NCBI GenBank assembly: GCA_050331235.1
Contig: JBHJHA010000020.1
Location: forward strand, 20,101-84,100
Reading direction: 5' to 3'
Source of the DNA: Leptolyngbyaceae cyanobacterium
GTDB lineage: Bacteria; Cyanobacteriota; Cyanobacteriia; Phormidesmidales; Phormidesmidaceae
DNA: 64,000 nt
Part shown: positions 30,215 to 39,805 of the stretch, in pieces
Numbering within the stretch: the stretch's first letter is position 1
Layout: each line of letters opens with the position of its first letter
Notes under the pieces: generated by a model
What the model was told of the DNA's origin: nothing
The model's input: only the letters and a program-made list of their open reading frames with translations
Databases searched by the model: none
Position numbers and translations under genes: made by a program

Positions 30215-30429
30215 AATATCTGGGCCCCTTTAGGCACAACATTTATCAAAACGAGCGTTACAAGAACGGTTGCCTGCCATGGTGAGCCAATCGCATCCAC
30301 AAAAAAGTGCACACATAACATGTGCCACCTCAGGCGATTTTCACCAAGTTGAAGTTGCGCTCGCCGCTGATTTGCAAAAGATGAGGACGTCATCTGTCAG
30401 TTGGCTGACAAGTTTCAATCACATGGCAC

Positions 30430-30471
30430 AAGTTAGGCGAGGAAAAACTGCTTTTTTGTATCGAGTGTTAC
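30430..30471 (-). promoter_or_regulatory. NtcA-activated promoter of the nirA operon
   Basis: GTA-TCGAGTGT-TAC (30458-30471), 22 nt, then -10 TAACTT on the minus strand (30435-30430). Confidence 0.88.
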
Positions 30472-30508
30472 GCTTCTTTTCGAGGGTTGCACTGAATGCA
30501 TCGCATCT

Positions 30509-30523
30509 ATGCGTTAAGCGCAT
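30509..30523. promoter_or_regulatory. NtcB (LysR-type) binding site
   Basis: ATGC-N7-GCAT palindrome centred ~51 bp upstream of the NtcA site, as in known nirA promoters. Confidence 0.75.
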
Positions 30524-30976
30524 AATGGAGTGTTGCGTGCTGTCCATGCATTCGGATGAAATGCCCAATAATTTTATAAATGCCGTTTGAGTGCCAGCAG
30601 AAAAGTCTGGTAGATAGCCTTTTAAGAGGCTACAGCGGGTCGTTAGTTGCTACCGCTGAAACTTCCGAAGCTGCAGGAAACTTCGACAAATTTCCAAGCA
30701 GGTTTTCCATTGGTAATAACGGGGTTTGGGATGAACGTCGGAACCAAATGGAGCTGATAAAACGCAATAGAACACAACTGTAGGCGATCGCTGGTGTCTG
30801 CCCCACTGAGCTAGCCAATAAATCATGCCGAGGGTAGAGCACCATGCCCCGAAGACTTTGGACATTATTCATTAGGAGAGTTGCTGATTCAGCGCGATCG
30901 CCCTAGCATTAAAACCACCAGACCCAATCAACGGAGTTCCTAGTGGGTCTGACATTCGCTACAGTGTTGCTTAACT

Positions 30977-32108
30977 ATGCTCGATAAAACAGACTTAAAG
31001 CGCGAACTCGCGACGTTGACGCAGCGCCTGGGCACCGCTCAGGAGTATCTTTGACGTTGACGCCATCACTGCCAACATTCGAGATCTAGAACAGCAGGCC
31101 GCCCAACCGGAGTTATGGGACGACCAAGCTCGAGCTCAACAGATTTTGCAAGAGCTGAACGACAATAAGGCTCAGCTAGAACAGCTCAAAACCTGGCAAA
31201 CTCGGCTCGATGATACCGAGGCCATCTTAGAGCTGCTGGAAGACGACGATGACGAAACCTTGCTGGCTGAGGCTCAAGCCACCCTGGACGAGATGTCTCG
31301 GGCACTGGATTTGTGGGAACTACAGCAGCTGCTCTCAGGTCCCTACGACAAGAATGGGGCCGTCTTGACGATCAATGCTGGGGCCGGTGGCACCGATGCC
31401 CAAGATTGGGCCGAGATGCTGCTCCGCATGTATACGCGCTGGGCCGAATCCCAGGGCTATAAGGCGGCGTTGCTGGAACTATCTGAGGGCGATGAGGCTG
31501 GACTCAAGTCAGCGACCCTGGAAATTTCTGGTCGCTATGCATTTGGCTATCTCAAAGCTGAAAAAGGTACCCATCGACTGGTGAGAATTTCACCCTTTAA
31601 TGCCAACGGTAAGCGACAGACCAGTTTTGCGGGGGTCGAGGTGATGCCCATTTTAGACCAGTCAATCGAGCTCGAGATTCCCGAAAAAGACTTGGAAATC
31701 AAAACCTCGCGGTCTGGTGGTGCCGGTGGTCAAAACGTCAATAAGGTTGAAACTGCCGTTCGGGTGACTCACTTACCTACGGGAATCTCGGTGCGCTGTA
31801 CCCAAGAGCGATCGCAGTTGCAAAACCGTGAAAAGGCGATGGCTCTCCTCAAAGCTAAGCTTTTGGTGATTGCCCAAGAGCAGCAGGCCCAGGCAGTTGC
31901 CGAGATTCGGGGCGATATTGTCGAAGCGGCCTGGGGCAATCAGATTCGCAACTATGTCTTTCACCCCTATCAAATGGTGAAAGATCTCCGCACTAATGAA
32001 GAAACCACAGCAGTCAGCGATGTTATGGATGGGGAGTTAGATCCATTCATTCAGGCCTATTTGCGACAAGATACGCAGATCGCCCCAACAGCAGAGGTCA
32101 CAGCCTAA
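30977..32108 (+). CDS. prfB: Peptide chain release factor 2 with programmed +1 frameshift
   Basis: ATG 30977, 25 codons to CTT TGA C (31049-31055), internal SD AGGAG just upstream. The +1 frame continues into the SPF- and GGQ-containing ORF. Confidence 0.97.
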
Positions 32109-32206
32109 AGTCCCTGAGGGGAGGACATCTCTACCGGCTTTTACAAACTAAGCCGTCACATTCAGCTAAATTGATCAGAGTTAAGCTCCCCACCCCCAAC
32201 GGATAA

Positions 32207-33754
32207 ATGGTTACGTTCTTGATTTTCTTGGCTGCGGTTGCCCTCTTGGTTTGGGGCTTTGTGCGCGCCCGCCCCTACGGCAAAATCGGCATCCTGGCCT
32301 GGTTACAGTCAGTCGTCCTGATGTTGCCATGGCTGTTATTCTTTGGCCTATTTACCTTAGGAATTTATTTCAACTTAGCTGGGGTGTTGTTTTTAGTCTT
32401 GGCCTCGGCAGCCGTTTACATTTACTTAGGCAGACAGCTGCGGGCACTGGGCCAGGAGGAACTCGCTGCGCAGAAGCTCAAAAAACTGATGGCAGCTTCT
32501 GCCTCTGAGACCTCCGGGAAACTGGCCGACTCAGAGGATGACGAGATGGGCCCCAGCCTCCATTCGGAGCTATCCTCAAAAGGCACCGATTCAGAAGCCG
32601 CTGATGATGAACCCTTAGGCTCCCCCGATACCGAGGAGGAAATTCCCACCATTGCGGCGGCAGATCGGACCGCTCTAGAGGGCATTTTTGGGATCGATAC
32701 GTTTTTTCGGACTGAGACTGTGCCCTATGACCAAGGGGCCATCTTTAAGGGCAATCTGCGGGGGGAGCCTGAAGCCACCATCACTAAGCTCACAGACTTG
32801 GCCGAAGCGCGCCTAGAGGGGCGCTATCGGCTGTATTTGCTGGCGGATCCCCAAGCTAAGCCAGTGGTTTTGGCCCTACCCAAAACCAGTGATCCTAAGC
32901 CCCTTACCCCTTTTCAAAAAGTGGCTGCGGTCGGATTGGCGATCGCAACCTTTTTGACCTGCTTAGAAGCCAGTGGAATTCTAATGGGATTTGATCTGCT
33001 GGTCACCCCGGAAAAATGGCGCAGCGCCTTGCCCTTTGCTGTGGGCACTGCCGCCGTTCTCTTGACCCACGAACTGGGGCACTGGCTAATGGCGCAGCGT
33101 TTAGACGTCCGCCTGAGCTGGCCCTTTTTTATTCCCACTTGGGAAATTGGCTCGTTTGGAGCCCTGACGCGCATTGAGTCGGTGTTGCCCCAGCGCTCAG
33201 CCCTGTTTGACATTGCGATCGCGGGACCTGCTGCCGGGGGCTTACTCTCCTTTGGTCTGTTGATCTTAGGCTTTGTGCTGTCTCAGCCGGGCAGTCAGTT
33301 TCAGCTACCGGGCGAGTTTTTTCAGGGGTCGGTATTGGTGGGCACCCTGGCCAAAGTTGTCTTGGGCGATGCCTTAACCCAGTCCCTGGTAGATATTCAT
33401 CCATTGGTGTTAGTCGGTTGGCTGGGGCTCATCATCACCGCCTTGAACCTGTTGCCGGCAGGTCAACTCGACGGGGGGCGAATTGTGCAGTCGATTTATG
33501 GGCGCAAAATAGCCGGTCGAGCCACAGTGATTACGCTGATCATCCTAGCGATCGCGTCTTTGGCTAATCCCCTAGCGCTGTACTGGGCCGTGCTAATTCT
33601 CTTCCTGCAGCGCAATCAAGAGCGTCCCGCCACTAACGAACTGACCGAACCCGACGATGCTAGAGCGGCCTTGGGACTATTGGCATTATTTCTAACGCTG
33701 GCCACCTTGTTGCCGTTAACGCCCTCCCTGGCAGGACGGTTGGGCATTGGTTAG
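32207..33754 (+). CDS. Site-2 protease (M50) membrane metalloprotease
   Basis: HELGH, IAIAGP and NLLPAGQLDGG motifs. Confidence 0.92.
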   Translation: MVTFLIFLAAVALLVWGFVRARPYGKIGILAWLQSVVLMLPWLLFFGLFTLGIYFNLAGVLFLVLASAAVYIYLGRQLRALGQEELAAQKLKKLMAASASETSGKLADSEDDEMGPSLHSELSSKGTDSEAADDEPLGSPDTEEEIPTIAAADRTALEGIFGIDTFFRTETVPYDQGAIFKGNLRGEPEATITKLTDLAEARLEGRYRLYLLADPQAKPVVLALPKTSDPKPLTPFQKVAAVGLAIATFLTCLEASGILMGFDLLVTPEKWRSALPFAVGTAAVLLTHELGHWLMAQRLDVRLSWPFFIPTWEIGSFGALTRIESVLPQRSALFDIAIAGPAAGGLLSFGLLILGFVLSQPGSQFQLPGEFFQGSVLVGTLAKVVLGDALTQSLVDIHPLVLVGWLGLIITALNLLPAGQLDGGRIVQSIYGRKIAGRATVITLIILAIASLANPLALYWAVLILFLQRNQERPATNELTEPDDARAALGLLALFLTLATLLPLTPSLAGRLGIG

Positions 33755-33801
33755 CCTGTATATAGGCCTCTCTAGTCCCTGAGCATGGTGAACTTTTTCC
33801 T

Positions 33802-34008
33802 GGGGCCGCGACGCTGCATCGCCTTGGTGACAGCGTATTTCCCTTAGGGAGCAGTCTCGGCTCGAGGTTTGATGGCGCAGTTTGTGGGTGTTCTCCAGTA
33901 ATGGGTGAAACAACCACACAGCAGACGCTTGAGCCAAGAGTTTCCCGCGCTGGTTCGAGACCAGGGAGGCCAACTTCTTGAGTTGGTGCCAGGTGCGGCC
34001 GCAGCGGT
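33802..34008 (-). ncRNA. ssaA: 6S RNA
   Basis: Minus strand ACCGCTGCGG..AAGAAGTTGGCCTCCCTGGT..ACCAGC..GGGAAACTCTTG..TCTGCTGTGT..GAGACTGCTCCCTAAGGGAAATACGCTGTCA..GCGGC matches the cyanobacterial 6S pattern. Ends approximate. Confidence 0.88.
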
Positions 34009-34251
34009 GAGTAAGTAGGCTGCTTCATGGTTCTTTATGCTCGGTGCAAGTTGGGACTTCAGGTTTGATGAGAACATTGGAAGAATGCTCTATCGCTTGT
34101 TTGGTTCTAAGTAACCGCCACCCATAGCAAGGTGAATCGCTGAAATACTTTGCCCCCACTGCAGATAGCGTTCTATCTCAACTGCCAATTCTAATCTCAA
34201 GCTGATTTAGCCTGACTTGTTCCGTTTTTATATCAATAGTTTTTTATCTCA

Positions 34252-35676
34252 ATGACAGATGCCCCTTCGCGGTCAAAAAGTCTTCCGCATTATTCCAGGA
34301 TTCTTAAAGCACTTGAGGTGACTCACGCTCTGGCTCGCCAGACCAATTCCGCGCAGGTGGCCAGCCTATCTTTTGGGCTGCCGCCGATTGACCCATTGGC
34401 TGTGCTGCTGACGTTGCCTGAGGTAGAGCAACATCAATGCTACTTTGAGTCCCCGTCGCGGGGGGTGGCCATTGCCGCCTGGGATGCAGTGATGTGTGAG
34501 CAGTTCAGCGGGCGCGATCGCTTTCATCGGGCGCGCCAGGTCTTGACCCGCTGGCAAGCTCAGGTCTGCGCTTTTCCTCAACGTCGGGAAGGACCTTATT
34601 TTTTTTGCAGTTTTTCATTCTTTGAAACCCTGCAGCCTGCGATTGCGGGGTTTGCCCCGGCCACAATTCTGTTGACTCGCTGGCAAGTGGTGCGCCAGCA
34701 CGGCCGCCACGCGCTGATAGCGAACGTTCTAGTGCAGCCGCACACCCGACTACATGCGCTGGCCCGAGAAGTTGCCCAGCAGGTGCACCAGTTAGCGTCC
34801 TTTGTCCCGAGTGCGCGAACTTTGGGCAGTCGCCACTGGGCCGCTGGGACACCCTGGCATCCGCGGTTAGCCGTGCAGGAAGGCGAAGTCTTTCAGCAGG
34901 GGGTACGAGATGCGTTAGCTGCCATTCGCGCCCGAACAATTGAAAAGCAAGTAGTTGCGCAGGTTTTTGATGTGACTCGGAGTTCTCCCTTTACCCGGAC
35001 AACAGCGCTGCCGCGGCTGCGATCGCAGTATCCCGACTGCTATATATTTTCATTTTCCGGCAAAGGCGATCGCCATTTTATCGGAGCGAGCCCAGAGCGG
35101 TTGTTGAGCATCCATCAGGGACGCTTAGTCACGGATGCCCTGGCCGGTTCTGCCCCCCGGGGAAAGACTCCAGAGCGCGATCGGGCGATCGGTCAACGCT
35201 TGCTCAACACCCACAAAGAGCAGCAGGAACATCAGTTAGTGCTCGACTTTATCATCAAACGCTTGGAGGCAGAAGGGCTCACCCCTTGCTACAGTACCCC
35301 ACCGGGACTGCTGCGCTTATCGAACATTCAGCATTTGCATACCCCTATTTGTGCTGAGGTGCCGAGTCACATCTCACCATTGACCCTGGTAGAGTCGCTG
35401 CATCCTACCCCAGCTGTTGCTGGAGTCCCTACCCAAGCCGCGTGCGAGCGTATCCGCCAGGTCGAGGCTGGCGATCGCGGCCTCTATGCGGCTCCCCTAG
35501 GCTGGATTGACCCCTACGGTAATAGTGAATTTATTGTCGGCATCCGGTCAGCCCTGATTCATCAAAATCATGCTCGGCTATACGCCGGGGCAGGCATTGT
35601 GGCTGAGTCTGAGCCAAGTCAGGAGCTAGCGGAAATTCAACTTAAACTCCAAGCGTTGGCCCAGTCTTTAGGATAG
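34252..35676 (+). CDS. menF: Isochorismate synthase
   Basis: FIGASPERLL, DALAGS, KEQQEH, LHPTPAVAG, GIRSAL, YAGAGIV. Confidence 0.92.
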   Translation: MTDAPSRSKSLPHYSRILKALEVTHALARQTNSAQVASLSFGLPPIDPLAVLLTLPEVEQHQCYFESPSRGVAIAAWDAVMCEQFSGRDRFHRARQVLTRWQAQVCAFPQRREGPYFFCSFSFFETLQPAIAGFAPATILLTRWQVVRQHGRHALIANVLVQPHTRLHALAREVAQQVHQLASFVPSARTLGSRHWAAGTPWHPRLAVQEGEVFQQGVRDALAAIRARTIEKQVVAQVFDVTRSSPFTRTTALPRLRSQYPDCYIFSFSGKGDRHFIGASPERLLSIHQGRLVTDALAGSAPRGKTPERDRAIGQRLLNTHKEQQEHQLVLDFIIKRLEAEGLTPCYSTPPGLLRLSNIQHLHTPICAEVPSHISPLTLVESLHPTPAVAGVPTQAACERIRQVEAGDRGLYAAPLGWIDPYGNSEFIVGIRSALIHQNHARLYAGAGIVAESEPSQELAEIQLKLQALAQSLG

Positions 35677-36039
35677 CTATGGACTTGGCGCTGCTGCTGC
35701 CTCGTCTTGGCGAATGTTTTACAAAACCTGTATTTCATTCAAGACATCGGCTGAGTCGTCTACAGTCAGACAAGGAAGCTGCTGCCAATTGAAACGTGAC
35801 GTTCTGTCCTGCGAGATGGTCTCTACCTTAAAATTGGGCGCGCTGGTTGATAGTGGCTAATCATCAACGAGAGACGACCGAATTTATGGCCTGGAGCTGT
35901 CGTTGACACAATCGATACCACAGGCTGTGACGAACTAACGTCTAATTCCAGCAGCTACGGTTAATGTCCAGTGTCTGTTTTGGTTTTTGACTCAAATCCC
36001 GACTGATTGTCCTGTCGTCAAGCGCATACCCTCGCACTC

Positions 36040-36531
36040 ATGACTCACACTACGACTCTCCAGCATCTCGAAACCAGTGTTGCTGACAATTGCAAATTAC
36101 CCGTCATCAAAACCTCTGCCGATTATCAGGTTTACCGTATCAGTCCTGAAGATCGAAACCGGCTGGCGATTGTGTTTGATCCTAAAACGGCTGATGTTTC
36201 GCTTACCTACTGCGTTGAGATTTTTGAGGCGGGCGGACAAACCCCGGCTCATCGCCATAATGCCGCCGTCGAGATGTTTTACGTGCTCAAGGTTCAGGGT
36301 GAGGCGGTCTGCGACGGCAAGGTTGTCTCGCTACGAGCGGGTGACAGTATCTTAATTCCCAACAGCGGCACCCATCTGGTGCGCAATGTGGGGCGCGATC
36401 GCCTATACATGCTGTGCATTATGGTGCCTAATGAGGACTTTGCTGAGCTCATTCGCAATGGCATTCCCGATGAGCTCGATGAAGAGGATCTACGGGTGCT
36501 CAATCGCACCGATAGCTTCCTTCCGGGTTAG
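36040..36531 (+). CDS. Cupin domain protein
   Basis: TPAHRH..VEMFYVL...GDSILIP..GTH. Confidence 0.88.
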   Translation: MTHTTTLQHLETSVADNCKLPVIKTSADYQVYRISPEDRNRLAIVFDPKTADVSLTYCVEIFEAGGQTPAHRHNAAVEMFYVLKVQGEAVCDGKVVSLRAGDSILIPNSGTHLVRNVGRDRLYMLCIMVPNEDFAELIRNGIPDELDEEDLRVLNRTDSFLPG

Positions 36532-36554
36532 CCCTGGTCCCATCAAGATCAACA

Positions 36555-38807
36555 TCAATGCCCCTGAGCTTCTGCATGTTGCACAATTTGTGCGGTGATT
36601 TGTAGGGCCGACGCGTCGACAGAAAGCCCCATAATCTTTTGTCGCACGGCCGCTTCAACTAAGTCTGGGTACCGGCTCGGAAATGCTCCGCATAAACAAC
36701 AGTCGATATTCTCCCGTTGTGCAACTTGAATGAGCTGGCTAACTGCCGCTAGCACGGCGGGATGCGTCTCGTTGTAAGGATCTGTAAAGACTGCCTGATC
36801 GCGATCGACTCCCAGCAACAGTTGAGTCAAATCATGGGCCCCAATCGCGATGCCGCGAATGCCCGCTGCTGCATACTGCGGCAGCATAAACAGCACTGAG
36901 GGCACCTCTGCCATCATCCATAGGGCAAAGTCCGGATGACGACCCAGACCAGTGGCTTCGACCAACGCTCGACAGTCACTCACTTCTTCCACCGTGCGGA
37001 CAAAAGGCAACAACAACTGTATATTGGTAAGCCCTTCGTCTTGGAGCTGCTTGAGCAAGCGAAGCTCAAGGTCAAAAAATTCCGGGTGGTGATAGTAGCT
37101 GTAAGCCCCGCGAACGCCGAGCATTGGATTTGACTCGACTGGGGGAGCCCCTTCTAAATCCGCAAACTCACTCGTGCGGATATCAAGGGTCCGGTAACGC
37201 ACCGGACGCGGTGCAAAAGCCGACAATATCGGGCGGAGCAGCTTAACCAAGGCTGCGAGTAGCTGATCGCCACGGCCACTGGTGAGCCAATAGTAAGGGT
37301 GCTGTTGCTCGAGAACGGGCATCATCAGCCACTCCGAGCGCAAAATGCCGACACCCGCCACGGACAAATGGGAAATTGCCGTAGCTAGGTCCGGCTGACT
37401 AAGGTTGACCCAAATCTCAGTCCGCGTTGTCGCCAGTGGACCAGTAGGCCAGTGTGGTGTAGCCGTTGCTAGGTCAGTGATCTCCGGGAGGCGAGTAACC
37501 AAGCCGCGATCGCCATCGAGCTCTAACGCCTCACCGGGCTGAAATTGTTGAGTGGCATTGGCGACCCCAACGATTGCCGGTATCCCCAGTTCCCGCGCCA
37601 TCACCGCCGCATGGCTCGTTAGCCCACCTCGCTCAGAGATAATGCCTCTAGCTGTTTTCAACAAGGGCAACCAAGCCGGCATGACTTCTTGGGCAATGAT
37701 GATATGCAGCTCTGCCGCCTGGGGCAGGGGTTGATGCGCCGACAATACCAGTGCCCGGCCCTGGCATCGGCCAGGCGCGGCCCCTGCACCCTGGTAGATC
37801 AGGTCACCGGCCTGAGCGTCCTGTGGCACTGGTTGAACGACCCAAGGATGGAGCGGCCATCTGTCGGCTCGAATAATATGCAACTGGCTGTCGGTGTCGA
37901 GGCCCCAGTCAATATGTAGCGGTTGGCTTGCCCAAGCAGTGAGCCATTGAGCAAAGGTTTGTAAGGCTTGCTGGGCTGCTGTGGATAGGGTGAGGTCAGT
38001 GCTATCTCGACTTTCACCAATCAAGCAGGCTGCTAATATGTCCTTTGCCGGGTCGTCTTTAAGGGCATGGTGACGATAGCGTTGCTCTTGATATCCTGGC
38101 TGCCAGTGAAACGAAGGTGTCTCAGGCAGGCTTTTGCCGATGGTGGGGTAAGCCTCAGACATCGCCTGGGCCAGACCGTCTACCGCAGCGATCGCCACTT
38201 CTGATGGCCGTACAGTCATCGTGCCAGAGCAGGTCACGGCTTCTACGGCTTGCACCACAATTGCCAATTCGACCCGGGCCGGGGGCTCCCCAGTCGTTGG
38301 AGCGGTCAGCCAGTGCCCCCAGTAGGTCAAACTGCTGGCATCCACTGCCGCTAACCAGATTTGCTTGACGGCGATCGCCAACGCCTCTGAATCGGCCCAA
38401 CAAAAGGGGGAGGGCAGCATCTGGCTCCAGGGAGCGGCAGCAGCACCGTTGCTAAGCCAAATTGAGGGCAATAGCCGCAGTACAGGTAGCTGAAATTGCT
38501 CGACCAAAGTTGAGCAATCCATGGGCAAAGGCAAGCGGCTGAGGGGACCGCTGAGTCGCTTGGCAAGATGCTGAACGGAATAGCCCGTTTCTGCCTGATG
38601 CTGCCAAAGCAGTCGCGGCCAATCACTGTAAATCGGATCCCGCGAAGTTAACTGCTGCAAAGCTTGGTGAAAACAGGTCGGCGAAATCACCCAGGTTGGA
38701 GGCACCCGCTGTCCTGCTTGCTGGAGTTGGCACAGATAAGCAGCAGTTTCCCCAGTCTGGCTGGGATCGACATCGATGAGTTGATTTAGGGAGAGAAATG
38801 GAGTCAT
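36555..38807 (-). CDS. PEP synthase-like protein with degenerate ATP-grasp domain and intact phospho-His and PEP-binding domains
   Basis: GGLTSHAAVMARELGIP, GVGILRSE, YRTLD, ESNPMLGVRG, MAEVPS, DLTQLLLGVDRD. Start inferred. Confidence 0.85.
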   Translation of the reverse strand: MTPFLSLNQLIDVDPSQTGETAAYLCQLQQAGQRVPPTWVISPTCFHQALQQLTSRDPIYSDWPRLLWQHQAETGYSVQHLAKRLSGPLSRLPLPMDCSTLVEQFQLPVLRLLPSIWLSNGAAAAPWSQMLPSPFCWADSEALAIAVKQIWLAAVDASSLTYWGHWLTAPTTGEPPARVELAIVVQAVEAVTCSGTMTVRPSEVAIAAVDGLAQAMSEAYPTIGKSLPETPSFHWQPGYQEQRYRHHALKDDPAKDILAACLIGESRDSTDLTLSTAAQQALQTFAQWLTAWASQPLHIDWGLDTDSQLHIIRADRWPLHPWVVQPVPQDAQAGDLIYQGAGAAPGRCQGRALVLSAHQPLPQAAELHIIIAQEVMPAWLPLLKTARGIISERGGLTSHAAVMARELGIPAIVGVANATQQFQPGEALELDGDRGLVTRLPEITDLATATPHWPTGPLATTRTEIWVNLSQPDLATAISHLSVAGVGILRSEWLMMPVLEQQHPYYWLTSGRGDQLLAALVKLLRPILSAFAPRPVRYRTLDIRTSEFADLEGAPPVESNPMLGVRGAYSYYHHPEFFDLELRLLKQLQDEGLTNIQLLLPFVRTVEEVSDCRALVEATGLGRHPDFALWMMAEVPSVLFMLPQYAAAGIRGIAIGAHDLTQLLLGVDRDQAVFTDPYNETHPAVLAAVSQLIQVAQRENIDCCLCGAFPSRYPDLVEAAVRQKIMGLSVDASALQITAQIVQHAEAQGH

Positions 38808-39098
38808 GGAGACTGCCAAAAAATCGTCACGCACAAAACCAGAGAACCGGAAAACCGGGCTTTGGCTTGCTGTAAGGATAAACGAGTCGCCCAATTGCGC
38901 TAGAGACGAGCTGGACGGAGTGTCCGCAAAGGCACTTACCCAGGACGCCACTATGTTTGGCTAAACAACTTTGCCCTCGTGGGTTTCACGCTGGTCTGCC
39001 ACCGTTGTCTGTTGAGAGAATAGCGCCAGTCAAGCGATCGTAAAGGCCCCAGTCAGGCGATCCGTTGGTCCGCTACGGTTCTATTAATTTCATCAAAT

Positions 39099-39776
39099 AT
39101 GTTGACTCAGTCGTTAAGAACGGTAACCAACCTGTTTCTAGCGCAATCTTGCCCTTTGTGTGAGCGCTCAACGGCGCAGACACTCTGTGCATCCTGTTGG
39201 CAACAACTAGAGAACTGTCAATGGGCTCACCCAGCACAAACAACGTCACCTAAGGGTCTACCGACCTTAGCCTGGGGACATTACCAAGGGGAACTCAAGC
39301 GGGCGATCACGACGATGAAATACAATCAATGCCCAGATTTGGCAAGACCCCTGGGACAAGCCCTCGGGGGCTGCTGGCAACACAGGCAGGCCGCTCGTCG
39401 TCCTCCATTAGTCGTCCCCATTCCGATGCATGCTCACAAACAGCGGCAGCGGGGCTTCAATCAAGCGGCTCTCATTGCTGAAGCTTTTTGTGCTCGCACA
39501 GGTTTGCCGCTCGCAAAAGCGGGACTTCTGCGGACTAAGGCCACAACGCCGCAGTTTGGCTTAGGGCTAGCCGAGCGCCAACACAATCTTTCAGGAGCCT
39601 TTGCCCTAGGACCCTACTTTCAACGTCAGCGCCCTACGCGCCCAGTTTTATTGCTTGACGATATCTACACCACCGGCACCACCATGCAGATGGCGGCTTT
39701 AGCGCTTCGCCGTAGCGGGGTTTCCGTTTGTGGGGCCGTCGTCGTTGCCCGCGCGACCCTTGAAACGCCCAATTAA
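39099..39776 (+). CDS. comF: ComF family competence protein (phosphoribosyltransferase fold)
   Basis: CPLC..C..C zinc finger, RGFNQA, LLLDDIYTTGTT. Confidence 0.92.
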   Translation: MLTQSLRTVTNLFLAQSCPLCERSTAQTLCASCWQQLENCQWAHPAQTTSPKGLPTLAWGHYQGELKRAITTMKYNQCPDLARPLGQALGGCWQHRQAARRPPLVVPIPMHAHKQRQRGFNQAALIAEAFCARTGLPLAKAGLLRTKATTPQFGLGLAERQHNLSGAFALGPYFQRQRPTRPVLLLDDIYTTGTTMQMAALALRRSGVSVCGAVVVARATLETPN

Positions 39777-39805
39777 TAGACCGATCGCTCAGATGACCGC
39801 CAGTC

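Noticed and set aside
30630..30872. Small minus-strand ORFs between nirA and prfB
   Set aside because: Two competing frames, no recognisable motif or RBS, so neither can be supported.
33950..33966. CTGGTTCGAGACCAG resembling a tRNA T-arm
   Set aside because: No cloverleaf around it. It is the reverse complement of a 6S RNA internal hairpin.
33660..34077. Three overlapping minus-strand ORFs (122, 85 and 77 aa)
   Set aside because: They overlie the 6S RNA and have no protein-like features.
35905..35918. GAC-N8-TAC upstream of the cupin gene as an NtcA site
   Set aside because: One half-site is mismatched and there is no TAN3T at the required distance.
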